Source: an uncultured bacterium
GTDB taxonomy: Bacteria > Krumholzibacteriota > Krumholzibacteriia > JACNKJ01
Direction of reading: 5' to 3'
NCBI GenBank assembly: GCA_963695095.1
Contig: CAVOFT010000001.1
Coordinates: forward strand, 1,056,001-1,120,000
Length of the DNA stretch: 64,000 nucleotides
This document shows positions 9,823-19,546 of this stretch, piece after piece. The notes under the pieces were generated by a model, which saw nothing but the letters and a program-made list of their open reading frames with translations, was not told the origin of the DNA and ran no database searches. How positions within the stretch are numbered: position 1 is the first letter of the stretch; each line of letters begins with the position of its first letter. A program made the position numbers and the translations under genes.

Positions 9823-12540
9823 ATGACCCACCAGCGCTGCGCCGCGTTCACCCTGCTCTTGCTGCTGCTCGCGCCACCAGTCGCCCACGCGGCCGACAAC
9901 AGCAACTGGGGGAGCGGCTTCCACCCGCCCGGCGTCCGCGACGGCAATTTCCCGGGCACGGTCAACGCCGTGGCTGCCAACAACGGTCAGGTCTACATCG
10001 GGGGCAGCTTCAGCGAAGTCGGTGCCGTCGAGGCGCGCAACGTGGCGCGCTGGGACGGCCATCACTGGCACGCCATGGGCACCGGCATCGGCGGGGATGT
10101 GATCTCGCTCTACGCCGCCGAGACGGCCGTCTTCGCCTCGGGCTGGTTCAGCGAGGCCGGCGGCGAGCCCGCGCTCTTCGTCGCCCGCTGGGACGGCGCT
10201 GACTGGCATCGCATGGGCGGCTCGGACTTCAACGGCATCGTCAACGGCTTCGCCTACTACAACGGCGGCCTCTACGCCTGTGGCCGCTTCAGCGAGTACG
10301 GCGGCAGCACGATGCCCCTGGTCGCCCACTGGGCAGGCTCCGACTGGGAACGGCTCAGCGGCGGCAACCTGACCTGCTACCACTGCTATCCCGCCGAGGT
10401 CATCGCGCTGGCGGCCTGGGACGGCAAGCTCTGGGCGGGCGGCCGCTTCGACTACGTCAATCCCTGGGACCTGAACGGCCTGGCCTACTGGACGCAGAAT
10501 GACGGCTGGCAGAGCGTGGATGGGGATCTGGGCGTCAGCGGCGGCGACGATGCCATCAGCTGCTTCGAGGCCCACAACTACAGCCTCTACTTCGGCGGCC
10601 CCTTCGCCTTCATCGGCTTCGACCCCTGCCAGGGCTTCGGCTATGTCTTCGGCGGCACCCTGCACACGATTGCCGGCCTTGACCCCTGGAACTACTGGGT
10701 CACCGACCTGCTCGAGTACAACGCGGCGCTCTACGTGGTCAGCGAGGAGTGGATCCGGCCCTGGCTGGGCGTGGGGGGCTGGGGCGAGGAGCTGGGCGAA
10801 CTGGACGGCGCCTTCGCCGCCACCACCGAGCATGGCGACCTCTACGCCGGCGGCACGCTCTTCTACGGCAACACCCACATCGACGGCCTCGCCCGCTGGG
10901 ATGGAGACGGCTGGCGCCGCGTGGGAGAGGGACTCGGCTTCAGCGCCAACAACTCCGATCAGGGCCGCTGCCTGCTGAGCTGGGAGGGTGACCTGTTCAT
11001 GGGCGGCTACCAGACCGGCGTCAGGGGCATCGGCGATGATGTCACCCACTGCGCCAATGTCGGCCTCTTCAACGGCGACGACTGGTTGCCCCTGGCCGGC
11101 GGCTTCGTCGACGCCGTCGAGGACGCCATCATCTACGACGGCCAGCTCCACGTTTGCGGAGCCTTCGATCACGAGGCCTATGGCGGCAACAGCATCTATC
11201 GCCTCGCCCGCTGGGACGGCGCCGCCTGGCAGCCGCTGGCGACGGGACTCAATCCGGGTACCTTCGTCGGCCATGCCTATGCGATGACCCTCTGGCAGGG
11301 CGACCTCATCGTGGGCGGCAACTTCGAGTCGGCCGGCGGCCTGGCCGTCGACAATCTCGCCCGCTGGAACGGAACGGCCTTCAGCGCCGTGGATGACGCG
11401 CTCTTCAGCGGCGAAGTGCGCGCCCTCTGCGTCTACGCGGGCGACCTGATCGTGGGGGGCACCTTCGTGAGCCTCGATGGCCAGGCCGTCGGGCGCATCG
11501 CGCGCTGGGACGGCGCGGCCTGGGACTTCCTCGACGGCGGCATGGGCGACGGCGTCGTCGAAGTGCTCGAGGTCTGGCAGGGTCAGCTCATCGCCGGCGG
11601 CAGCTTCACGACGGCCGGCGGGGTGCCGGCGGCCCGGATCGCGCGCTGGGACGGCAGCGCCTGGCAGGCTCTGGATGCGGGCCTGGGTGGCGCGGACTTC
11701 GTTACCACGGTTCGGGCGCTTCAGCCCAGCGACATCGGCCTCTTCGTCGGCGGTCGCTTCGAGACCGCGGGCGGCCAGCCGGCGGCGAACATCGCGCGCT
11801 GGCAGGCGGGCGGCTGGGAGCCCCTCGGCGACGGCGTCACCGAGGGCTATCTGGGGCAGACCGTCGTGGACGACTTCTGCATCCACGATGGCCAGCTCTA
11901 CCTGACCGGTGACTTCCTCTACGCCGGCGGCCATCTGTCCGCGAACATCGCCCACTGGCGCGAGGCTCTGACGCCGGTGACGCTACTGCGCTTCGATCTC
12001 ATCGCGGAGCCGGGTTCGGTACGGGCGAACTGGGAATTGGCCGAGGGGGAGGGTCCGGTGGAACAGCGCCTGGAGGCGGCGCGGGGGGGAGAGGTCTGGC
12101 AGCCGGCCATCGAGCCCCTGGGCGGCGGCAGTTTCCAGGCTTGCGATCTGGCTGCGCCGCTGGCCGCCGGCGGCAGCTTCAACTACCGGCTCAGCATCCG
12201 CGAGAGCGGGGGCGACTGGCAGCTCCTGCGCCAGGTGGCTGTCCAGGTCCCCCCCCTGACCCCCACGCAGCCTACCCTCGCCGCCTGGCCGAATCCAGGC
12301 GCCGCCATCTTCACGATCCAGGCCAGCCTGCCGGCGCCGGGCGCCGCCGAGCTTGCGGTCTTCGACGTCGGCGGCAGACGCCTGGCCACACTCCATCGTG
12401 GACGGCAGAGCGAGCGGAGCCTGCAGCTGACCTGGGATGGACGGGACGATGGGGGCCGGCCGCTGCCCGCGGGCGTGTACCTGCTGCGCCTGCGCACTGC
12501 AACCGGCCAGGCCAGCCAGCGCTTGGCCCTCCTGCGCTGA
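9823..12540 (+). CDS. secreted beta-propeller repeat protein with C-terminal FlgD-Ig/T9SS-like domain
   Basis: Signal peptide; ~10 repeats of GGxF..AGG...NIARWDG..W..LG.G; C-terminal WPNP...VFDVGGRRL...WDGRD...GVYLLRL. Confidence 0.85.
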   Translation: MTHQRCAAFTLLLLLLAPPVAHAADNSNWGSGFHPPGVRDGNFPGTVNAVAANNGQVYIGGSFSEVGAVEARNVARWDGHHWHAMGTGIGGDVISLYAAETAVFASGWFSEAGGEPALFVARWDGADWHRMGGSDFNGIVNGFAYYNGGLYACGRFSEYGGSTMPLVAHWAGSDWERLSGGNLTCYHCYPAEVIALAAWDGKLWAGGRFDYVNPWDLNGLAYWTQNDGWQSVDGDLGVSGGDDAISCFEAHNYSLYFGGPFAFIGFDPCQGFGYVFGGTLHTIAGLDPWNYWVTDLLEYNAALYVVSEEWIRPWLGVGGWGEELGELDGAFAATTEHGDLYAGGTLFYGNTHIDGLARWDGDGWRRVGEGLGFSANNSDQGRCLLSWEGDLFMGGYQTGVRGIGDDVTHCANVGLFNGDDWLPLAGGFVDAVEDAIIYDGQLHVCGAFDHEAYGGNSIYRLARWDGAAWQPLATGLNPGTFVGHAYAMTLWQGDLIVGGNFESAGGLAVDNLARWNGTAFSAVDDALFSGEVRALCVYAGDLIVGGTFVSLDGQAVGRIARWDGAAWDFLDGGMGDGVVEVLEVWQGQLIAGGSFTTAGGVPAARIARWDGSAWQALDAGLGGADFVTTVRALQPSDIGLFVGGRFETAGGQPAANIARWQAGGWEPLGDGVTEGYLGQTVVDDFCIHDGQLYLTGDFLYAGGHLSANIAHWREALTPVTLLRFDLIAEPGSVRANWELAEGEGPVEQRLEAARGGEVWQPAIEPLGGGSFQACDLAAPLAAGGSFNYRLSIRESGGDWQLLRQVAVQVPPLTPTQPTLAAWPNPGAAIFTIQASLPAPGAAELAVFDVGGRRLATLHRGRQSERSLQLTWDGRDDGGRPLPAGVYLLRLRTATGQASQRLALLR

Positions 12541-12745
12541 TCTCGCGCCAGCTTCTGTGCGGGCCCCAGGCAAGCGGCTCCGGCACCCCGCCGGCGGGTC
12601 CCCATGCGCCGCGACCCCGCGATTTGCCCTAGAAAATGGCCTTCCAGGCGCATTTCCGCTTCCAATCGCGGCCAGTCGCGCTATCATTCGCGGCGTGACG
12701 GAAGCGGATTTTTCCTTCCGCGCTAACGCCAAGGAGTTGGACACG

Positions 12746-13090
12746 ATGGCAGTCAAGAAAGTGACGAAGAAAGCAGCCGCGCCCGCGGGGATCAAGCCGC
12801 CGACGCGCAACGAGGTCTACCGCAGCGTTGCCGACAAGACCGGCATGACGCGCAAGGATGTGGTCTCGGTCTGCGACGCCCTGACCGAAGTGATGCTCAA
12901 GTCCGTCAAGAAGCACGGCACCTTCAATTTCCTGGGCCTGATGAAGATGACCCTGGTGAAGAAGCCCGCGGTCAAGGGCGGCAACCTGATCCGTAATCCT
13001 TTCACGGGCGAGATGGTGCCGCAGAAGGCCAAGCCGGCCTCCCGCACCGTGCGCGTTCGTCCGCTCAAGGCCGTCAAGGACATGCTCTAG
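12746..13090 (+). CDS. HU/IHF family DNA-binding protein
   Basis: Basic protein with RNPFTGE...KPASRTVRVRPLKAVKD. Confidence 0.9.
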   Translation: MAVKKVTKKAAAPAGIKPPTRNEVYRSVADKTGMTRKDVVSVCDALTEVMLKSVKKHGTFNFLGLMKMTLVKKPAVKGGNLIRNPFTGEMVPQKAKPASRTVRVRPLKAVKDML

Positions 13091-13116
13091 TCCTTCGTTC
13101 GCGCCAAGATTCCGCA

Positions 13117-13152
13117 GGGGACCCCCGGCCCGCGAAGAGCCGGGGGTCTCTT
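13117..13152 (+). terminator. intrinsic terminator after HU
   Basis: GACCCCCGGC/GCCGGGGGTC stem followed by TCTT. Confidence 0.6.
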
Positions 13153-13318
13153 GCAATCTCGCCCCCGTCCGTCCAGGACAACGGCACCCGAATTAGCGAT
13201 TAGCCGCTCTTTCCCCTTGTTTGCCTGGCCTTGTGGCGATCTCTGTGCTATGCTGCGGTTCTGCTATTCGTATCCTTGTCTACGCCTGTTCTTGCAGGTA
13301 ATCAACGGGAGGACCCCC

Positions 13319-13705
13319 ATGTTCAGAGTTGCGATAATGTTGTCATGCTTGTTCCTGCTGCCGATCGTCGCAACGGCGGCCACCTTCGTGATCGATCAGA
13401 CCGGCACGGCCTGGGTGCCCGCCGACATCACCATCGTCGTCGGCGACACGGTGGAGTGGCACTGGAGCAGCCTGACCCACACGGTGACCAGCGGCACGGG
13501 CGCCGCCGATCCCAATGCCGGATCGCTCTTCGATGCGCCTCTGGATGCGGGCAATCCCCTGTTCAGCTACACCTTCACCGTCGTCGGCGACGTGCCCTTC
13601 TTCTGCCGGCCCCACGAGGGCGTGGGCATGACGGGCGTGATCCACGTGGACGACGCGACGGCCACCGACGACTCGGCCTGGGGCAACATCAAGGCCCTGT
13701 ACTAG
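13319..13705 (+). CDS. plastocyanin/azurin family blue copper protein
   Basis: Signal peptide, HTVT, FCRPHEGVGM (C-x2-H-x4-M type-1 Cu ligands); C-terminal SAWGNIKALY. Confidence 0.88.
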   Translation: MFRVAIMLSCLFLLPIVATAATFVIDQTGTAWVPADITIVVGDTVEWHWSSLTHTVTSGTGAADPNAGSLFDAPLDAGNPLFSYTFTVVGDVPFFCRPHEGVGMTGVIHVDDATATDDSAWGNIKALY

Positions 13706-13732
13706 GACGCGGTGAACTGACCTGATGGCTCT

Positions 13733-13760
13733 GGCCCCGGCCGCCGGCCGGGGCCTTTTT
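13733..13760 (+). terminator. intrinsic terminator
   Basis: GGCCCCGGCC-GCC-GGCCGGGGCC-TTTTT. Confidence 0.85.
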
Positions 13761-13814
13761 CGTGCGCCGCGCGCGGATCGCGGCTACACTGCAGGCGACC
13801 CGCGGAGGTCTGCG

Positions 13815-14561
13815 ATGCCTGTCCGCCCGCTCTGCCTGGCCCTGCTGCTCCTCCTGCCCGCCCTGCCTCGGCCTCTGGCGGCGGCACCGCCCGAAGCCGT
13901 GGCGGCGGATCCCTACGAGGGGATCCGCCTGGAGATGGTCCGGCGGCAAATCGAGGCCCGGGGCGTCAAGGACCCGGCGGTCCTGGCGGCCCTGCGCCGC
14001 GTGCCCCGTCACCGCTTCGTTCCTGCGGCCATGGTCGGAGAAGCCTACGCCGACCATCCGCTGGCCATCGGCGAAGGCCAGACGATCTCCCAGCCCTACA
14101 TCGTGGGGCTGATGACGGAATTGCTGCAGGTCTCGCCCGGGCAGCGCGTCCTCGAGATCGGCACGGGCTCCGGCTACCAGGCAGCCGTGCTCGCCGAACT
14201 CGGCGCCGAAGTCTACAGCATCGAGATCGTGGAGACCCTCGGCCGGCAGGCGGCGGCTCGGCTCGCGGTTCTCGGCTACGAGCGCATCCAGCTGCGCATC
14301 GGCGACGGCTATCGCGGCTGGCCGGAGCGGGGCCCCTTTGCGGGCATCCTCGTCACGGCGGCCCCGGACCACATCCCACGCCCGCTGCTCGATCAGCTTG
14401 CTCCCGGCGGTCGCCTGGTGATTCCGGTGGGAGAGGACCTGCAGCAACTCGAGGTGCATCGCCGCCGACCCGAAGACGGCCCCGAGGGGCCGGTCTTCGA
14501 GCGCGAGATCGTGCTGCCGGTGCGCTTCGTGCCCATGACCGGCGAGGCTGAGCGCCGCTGA
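13815..14561 (+). CDS. pcm: protein-L-isoaspartate O-methyltransferase
   Basis: VPRHRFV, GQTISQPY, VLEIGTGSGYQAA, VRFVPM; N-terminal signal-like segment. Confidence 0.93.
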   Translation: MPVRPLCLALLLLLPALPRPLAAAPPEAVAADPYEGIRLEMVRRQIEARGVKDPAVLAALRRVPRHRFVPAAMVGEAYADHPLAIGEGQTISQPYIVGLMTELLQVSPGQRVLEIGTGSGYQAAVLAELGAEVYSIEIVETLGRQAAARLAVLGYERIQLRIGDGYRGWPERGPFAGILVTAAPDHIPRPLLDQLAPGGRLVIPVGEDLQQLEVHRRRPEDGPEGPVFEREIVLPVRFVPMTGEAERR

Positions 14562-14701
14562 TCGCCGACGGTTATCACTGGCCTCGCCTCTCGCGAGCCC
14601 ATGGCGCATAAAATCGGACAAAACACATGCGTTTATCCTGTTAAGCTTGCGGGTCCCGCTTGCCTCGCCTAGGCTTTGCTTCCCTGCGAAGGAGGTAGGC
14701 C

Positions 14702-16042
14702 ATGCGATGGATACTCGGCGCGCTCCTGCTGAGCGCGACTCTCAGCGCTGTTGCTGCGGCCCAGCCGGCGGGTGACGCAGCCCTGGGCACGCGGGACTAC
14801 GACGACTACGAGCGTCCGGAGACCTGCGCGACCTGTCACGGCGACTTCTACCAGCAGTGGCGCCAGGCCATGATGTCCCAGGCCTACACGCATCACTGGG
14901 ACGAGATCGAGTACTTCGCGCTTGCGGTGCCGCACGCCGAGATCGACGAGAAGGTGGCCGACGTCAAGGCCGGCTGCAATGGCTGTCACGCTCCCATCGC
15001 CTTCCTCGCCGGCGATGTGCCGCCGCCGCGCCCAGAAGCGGGCTCCCGCGCCAACGAGTCGGTGTCCTGCGATCTCTGCCACAGCCTGCGCGGCTTCAGT
15101 GGCGATACGCCCTACAACTTCAACTGGATCACCGAGCCGGGCCCGGTGAAGGTCGGGCGCAAGGGCGGCGTCGATTCGCCCCACCACGAGTCCGTGCAGT
15201 CGGACTTCATCAGCCAGGCCGAATTCTGCGGCACTTGTCACAACGAGATGAGTCCCTACGGCGTCTGGGTCAAGTCCACCCAGCTCGAGTGGAAGGCCGG
15301 CCCCTATGCCGCCGAGGGGGTGCGCTGCCACAACTGCCACATGCCGCGCGCGGAGGGCCTGAGCGCCGACATGGGCGAGCCCGGCCTCGTGGCGCAGCAC
15401 CTCTTCCACGGCGCCCACGATGCGGGCAAGCTGGCCGGCGCCGTCGAGATGCGGGTGCATCCCGATGAGCGGGAGCAGCCCCTGGACGGCAGCGTCGTCT
15501 TCACCGTTCAGCTCTTCAATGCGAAGGCCGGGCACAAGATCCCCACGGGCTCGGTGGAGGACCGCATCGTCTGGTTGCACGTGACCGCGCGCGACGCGGA
15601 GGGCAAGACCTATCACCTGCCGGTGGACGCCAAGGGCTTCGCGGGCGAGGAGTACACGATCGCCGCCGACGTGCTCGCCTATCAGGACATGGGCATTCCC
15701 CTCGGCAAACCTGACTTCGCCGGCGTGCAGCGGGACGGCGTGCCCTTCGGGGACCGCATCTTCCGCATGCCCTACTTCGATTCCCAGGGCCGCATGACCA
15801 TCATGCAGTGGAACACGGCCTCCCTGGGCGTGGACTATCGGCTCGGACCCCGCGAGACCAAGCTCGAGACCTTCACCTGGGAGCTGCCGGAGGACATCGC
15901 CCTCGGCCGCGTCGAGATCCTCGCCGAGCTGAACTACCAGAAGCTCGTCGCGCCGGTGGCGGCCTTCCTCGATGTGCCCGCCGATGAGGCGGAGCTTGTA
16001 CCCATCAATCGCGCCAGCACCTGGATCGAGGTCTACGACTAG
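14702..16042 (+). CDS. pentaheme c-type cytochrome (c554-like) with C-terminal extension
   Basis: Signal peptide; CATCH, CNGCH, CDLCH, CGTCH, CHNCH; GHKIPTG. Confidence 0.9.
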   Translation: MRWILGALLLSATLSAVAAAQPAGDAALGTRDYDDYERPETCATCHGDFYQQWRQAMMSQAYTHHWDEIEYFALAVPHAEIDEKVADVKAGCNGCHAPIAFLAGDVPPPRPEAGSRANESVSCDLCHSLRGFSGDTPYNFNWITEPGPVKVGRKGGVDSPHHESVQSDFISQAEFCGTCHNEMSPYGVWVKSTQLEWKAGPYAAEGVRCHNCHMPRAEGLSADMGEPGLVAQHLFHGAHDAGKLAGAVEMRVHPDEREQPLDGSVVFTVQLFNAKAGHKIPTGSVEDRIVWLHVTARDAEGKTYHLPVDAKGFAGEEYTIAADVLAYQDMGIPLGKPDFAGVQRDGVPFGDRIFRMPYFDSQGRMTIMQWNTASLGVDYRLGPRETKLETFTWELPEDIALGRVEILAELNYQKLVAPVAAFLDVPADEAELVPINRASTWIEVYD

Positions 16043-16056
16043 AAAGGAGCCCCGCC

Positions 16057-17238
16057 ATGAAGCTGCCTCGCCCGTTGCTCGCCCTCCTCGCCCTGGCCCT
16101 GCTGACGCCCGCGGACGCGGGGGCGATTCCCGCCTTCGCGCGCCGCCACAAGCTCTCCTGCAGCACCTGCCACGCGCCGTTTCCGCGGCTAAAGGCCTAT
16201 GGCGACGAGTTCGCCGGCGCCGGCTTCGTCATTCCCGAGCAGGAGAAGGCGCGCGACTACGTCGCCGCGGGGGACGAACTGCTCTGGCTCAACCGCGACT
16301 TTCCCCTGGCCGTCCGCTTCGAGGCCTTCGGCGTCTACACGCAAGAGGCGACCGTGGAGAACGATCTCCAGTCGCCCTGGGGTTTGAAGCTCCTCTCGGG
16401 CGGCGCGCTCGGCCGCGGGGTCGGCTACTACTTCTACTTCTACATGTCCGAGCGCGGCGAAGTGGCCGGCGTCGAAGACGCCTATCTCCACTTCAACGAC
16501 ATCGGCGGCCTCCCCTTCGACGTCATGGTGGGGCAGTTCCAGATCTGCGATCCCCTGATGAAGCGGGAGCTGCGCCTCACCTTCGAGGACTATCTCATCT
16601 ACAAGCTCAAGGTGGGGGAGTCGGGCACCGACCTCGCCTACGATCGCGGGCTCATCTTCACCTACGGCCTCGAGGCGACGGGAACGGATCTGGTCGCCAT
16701 GCTCGTCAACGGCAACGGCAAGGCCGAGGCCGGGGACGCCGGCTTCGACAGCGACAACTTCAAGAACGTCGGCCTGCGCCTGAAGCAAGGTATCGGCGAC
16801 GCGCTGGGGATCGGTGGTTTCGCCTACCTGGGGAAGGAGCGGCTCACGGCGGCAGGTGCCGCGGCAGCGGCCGACAACGAGATCCGCTACCTGGGACCGG
16901 ACCTGACCCTGGCGATCGGCCCGGCTGCCCTCACCGCGCAGTACCTGCTGCGCCGGGACAGCAATCCCGGCTTCCTCGATGTGGAGCCGGCCGCGGAGAT
17001 CGAAACGGCGGGTTGGGTGGCGGAGCTCGTGCTCTCGCCGCAGGGCGATCTGGGCAGGCACTTCATCACCTTGCTCTACAATCGCATCGATTCGGACCTG
17101 GAGGCCCACGACTACGAAACGGTGACGGGGGGCCTAACCTACCTGTTGGCTCGCAATCTGCGCCTTTCGGGGGAGTACACGCGCGATCTCGAGGCTGCGC
17201 GCAGTCGCGTCGTCGTGGGCCTCACCGCGGGCTTCTAG
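16057..17238 (+). CDS. monoheme cytochrome-porin fusion (Cyc2-like outer-membrane beta-barrel)
   Basis: Signal peptide, [22 protein letters not shown], amphipathic beta strands, terminal Phe. Confidence 0.75.
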   Translation: MKLPRPLLALLALALLTPADAGAIPAFARRHKLSCSTCHAPFPRLKAYGDEFAGAGFVIPEQEKARDYVAAGDELLWLNRDFPLAVRFEAFGVYTQEATVENDLQSPWGLKLLSGGALGRGVGYYFYFYMSERGEVAGVEDAYLHFNDIGGLPFDVMVGQFQICDPLMKRELRLTFEDYLIYKLKVGESGTDLAYDRGLIFTYGLEATGTDLVAMLVNGNGKAEAGDAGFDSDNFKNVGLRLKQGIGDALGIGGFAYLGKERLTAAGAAAAADNEIRYLGPDLTLAIGPAALTAQYLLRRDSNPGFLDVEPAAEIETAGWVAELVLSPQGDLGRHFITLLYNRIDSDLEAHDYETVTGGLTYLLARNLRLSGEYTRDLEAARSRVVVGLTAGF

Positions 17239-17312
17239 CCACCGCCCTTGCGCCGCCGGCGCGGGCGGCCTATCTATCGTGGCAGGGGCCGCGGCGACAA
17301 GGAGGCGGCAGG

Positions 17313-17825
17313 ATGCGACGTTCGCTACTGCAGGCTGCGTTGCTGGCGATGGCGCTTGGGCTCTGCGGAGCCGCCCTCAGCGCCGCCCATGACGAGCCCG
17401 TACCCACGAAGGACGGCGACGTGAAGTACAATGCGCTCACCGCAGAGGAAGCCCGCGTGATCCTCCACAAGGGCACGGAGCGCCCGGGTAGCGGTCTACT
17501 CGAAGCTTTCTGGGAGAAGGGCAGCTACCTGTGCAAGCGCTGCAATGCGCCGCTGTACAGCTCCAGCAGCAAGTTCGACGCCGGCTGTGGCTGGCCCAGT
17601 TTCGACGATGAGCTTCCCGGTGCCGTGCGCCGCGTCACCGATGCCGACGGCCGGCGCACCGAGATCCTCTGCGCCAATTGCGGCGGGCACCTCGGCCACG
17701 TCTTCTTCGGCGAGGGCTTCACGGCCAAGAATACCCGGCACTGCGTGAATTCCATCTCCATGCAGTTCGTGCCGGCGGGCAAGGAGCTGCCGCCCGTGAT
17801 CGCACCGGAGGCCGCAGCCCCTTGA
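17313..17825 (+). CDS. msrB: methionine-R-sulfoxide reductase with signal peptide
   Basis: [35 protein letters not shown]. Confidence 0.93.
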   Translation: MRRSLLQAALLAMALGLCGAALSAAHDEPVPTKDGDVKYNALTAEEARVILHKGTERPGSGLLEAFWEKGSYLCKRCNAPLYSSSSKFDAGCGWPSFDDELPGAVRRVTDADGRRTEILCANCGGHLGHVFFGEGFTAKNTRHCVNSISMQFVPAGKELPPVIAPEAAAP

Positions 17826-18355
17826 AGCGCGTCGAGCTTCCGCTGGGTGAATTCCGGGTGGAACCCTTCCGCATCTGGGACGCCGGCTGGTTCCTGCTCA
17901 CGGCGGGGAACTTCGCCGCCGGCCGCTTCAACACGATGACGGTGTCCTGGGGCAGCTTCGGCACGATCTGGAACCGGCCCTTCGCGCAGGTGGTGGTGCG
18001 TCCCACCCGTTACACCCAGGGCTTCCTGGACGCTCACGAGAGCTTCACCCTCTGCGCCTTTGGCGAGGAGCATCGCGAAGCCCTGCGCCTGCTGGGCACG
18101 AAGTCCGGCCGCGACGGCGACAAGATCGCCGCCTCTGGCCTGACCCCCGTCGCCGCCCTGCGCGTGGCCGCCCCCGTTTTCGCCGAAGCGCGGCTGAGCA
18201 TCGAGTGCCGCAAGCTGTACTGGCAGGATCTGGATCCGGCGCAGTTCCTCGACCCCGCGATCGAGGAGAGCTATCCGCGGCGGGACTACCACCGCGCCTA
18301 CTTCGGCGAAGTGCTGGCCCTGGCCGCGGTGGAGGACGGGCGCGTGTTCCCCTGA
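17822..18355 (+). CDS. flavin reductase family (flavoredoxin-like) protein
   Basis: [28 protein letters not shown]. Confidence 0.88.
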   Translation: MKRVELPLGEFRVEPFRIWDAGWFLLTAGNFAAGRFNTMTVSWGSFGTIWNRPFAQVVVRPTRYTQGFLDAHESFTLCAFGEEHREALRLLGTKSGRDGDKIAASGLTPVAALRVAAPVFAEARLSIECRKLYWQDLDPAQFLDPAIEESYPRRDYHRAYFGEVLALAAVEDGRVFP

Positions 18356-18361
18356 ACAGAA

Positions 18362-18390
18362 AGCCCCAGGGGCCTGCAGCCCCCGGGGCT
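18362..18390 (-). terminator. terminator between convergent genes
   Basis: AGCCCC-AGGGGC...GCCCCC-GGGGCT hairpin with T-rich tail on the minus strand. Confidence 0.55.
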
Positions 18391-18425
18391 AGTCGTTGCC
18401 AGTTGCCCGCGGCGGGTGCGACCGG

Positions 18426-19484
18426 CTAGCGGCCGGCCCGGAAGCGCTCGAGCTGGCCCTGGAGGTAAGCATCCTCGGGGCTGAGTCCCAGCGCGCGGGT
18501 CATCACCGCGATCGCCTGCTCGACCTCGCCCCGCCGATAGTGCACCTCGGCCAGGGTGTCCAGGATGTTGCTGTCCTCGGGCTCCAGCGCAACGGCCCGC
18601 TCGGCGGCGACGAGGGCTTCGTCCAGGTGCAGATCGTGCGTCGCCGTGAACCAGGCCAGGGCGTTGAGGGTGCCGGCGTCGGTGTCGGTCCGCTTCAGCG
18701 TTCGCGTCAAGAGCCCGGCGACGCACTCGTTCTCGCGCTGGGCCGCTTCGGCGTCGCCCTGCGCCGTGAACCACTCGGCAAAGCGCATGTGCGCCTGCAC
18801 CAGGCCCTGCGCCTCGTAGATCGTGTAGAGCCGGCGCAGCTCGGCGATGGGCGTGGCGTGATCCTCCACGCGCACGTCCACGTAGCGCTCGGCGTACTCG
18901 GGAAAATCCGGATGGGCCCGCACGACGAGCAGGGCCGCCGACTGCTGGCCGCGGGAATCGCCGCCGGCGGCCTGTCCCGCCTCGAGGGCGGCGATCAGCC
19001 GGTCCGCCAGCTCGCGGCCGGCGCTCTCGCGATAGGCGCGGGCCATGCCGGCGACCACGGCTTCGCCGACCAGGATGTTGCCCTGGCAGCTGAAGTGCGC
19101 GCCTTGCGCATCGCCCGCCCAGTCGCTGCAGCCGGATCCCGTCCAGGCGGCGACGCGGCCCGCGGCGTCCACCAGGGCGAGCTGGCGGACCTCGCGACCT
19201 TCGTCGCCGGCAAGCAGACTGTCGCGCGCGGCGGCGGCGCTGAGGCCCGCCGCCATCAGCGCGAGCCCGCGCGGGCCGAAGGTTTCGTTGGACTGGGCCT
19301 GCGTGGCCACGGCGCCGACGCCGCCGGCCGCCCAGGCCACGCGGGGCCCGACGCCGTAGACCTTGGACTGCACGGCGACGCCCAGCTCGCCGGTCGCCGG
19401 GTCATAGGCCACGATGGAAAAGGTGGCGGCGGCCTGGCCGGCGCCGAGGACGAGGATGGCGAGTGCAAGGGCGAGGCGACGCAT
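18426..19484 (-). CDS. DUF1028 (Ntn-hydrolase-like) protein with TPR tail
   Basis: TFSIVAYD...GVAVQS, GAVATQA, GGDSRGQQSAAL; LNALAW/ILDTLAE TPR. Confidence 0.9.
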   Translation of the reverse strand: MRRLALALAILVLGAGQAAATFSIVAYDPATGELGVAVQSKVYGVGPRVAWAAGGVGAVATQAQSNETFGPRGLALMAAGLSAAAARDSLLAGDEGREVRQLALVDAAGRVAAWTGSGCSDWAGDAQGAHFSCQGNILVGEAVVAGMARAYRESAGRELADRLIAALEAGQAAGGDSRGQQSAALLVVRAHPDFPEYAERYVDVRVEDHATPIAELRRLYTIYEAQGLVQAHMRFAEWFTAQGDAEAAQRENECVAGLLTRTLKRTDTDAGTLNALAWFTATHDLHLDEALVAAERAVALEPEDSNILDTLAEVHYRRGEVEQAIAVMTRALGLSPEDAYLQGQLERFRAGR

Positions 19485-19546
19485 GGCGACCTCCGGGTGG
19501 GAGAGGACGCTAGCACAGCATAGAGCGGCCGCCTGCTGCAAGCGCC

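Noticed and set aside
7150..12540. 1796-aa ORF in the track
   Set aside because: Chance fusion of the ino1 N-terminus, off-frame sequence and the real gene that starts at 9823.
13641..13650. Short CACGTG palindromes in coding sequence (TCCACGTGGA here; ACCACGTGGT near 58244)
   Set aside because: Only 10 bp, arms differ from the repeat family, and compatible with chance.
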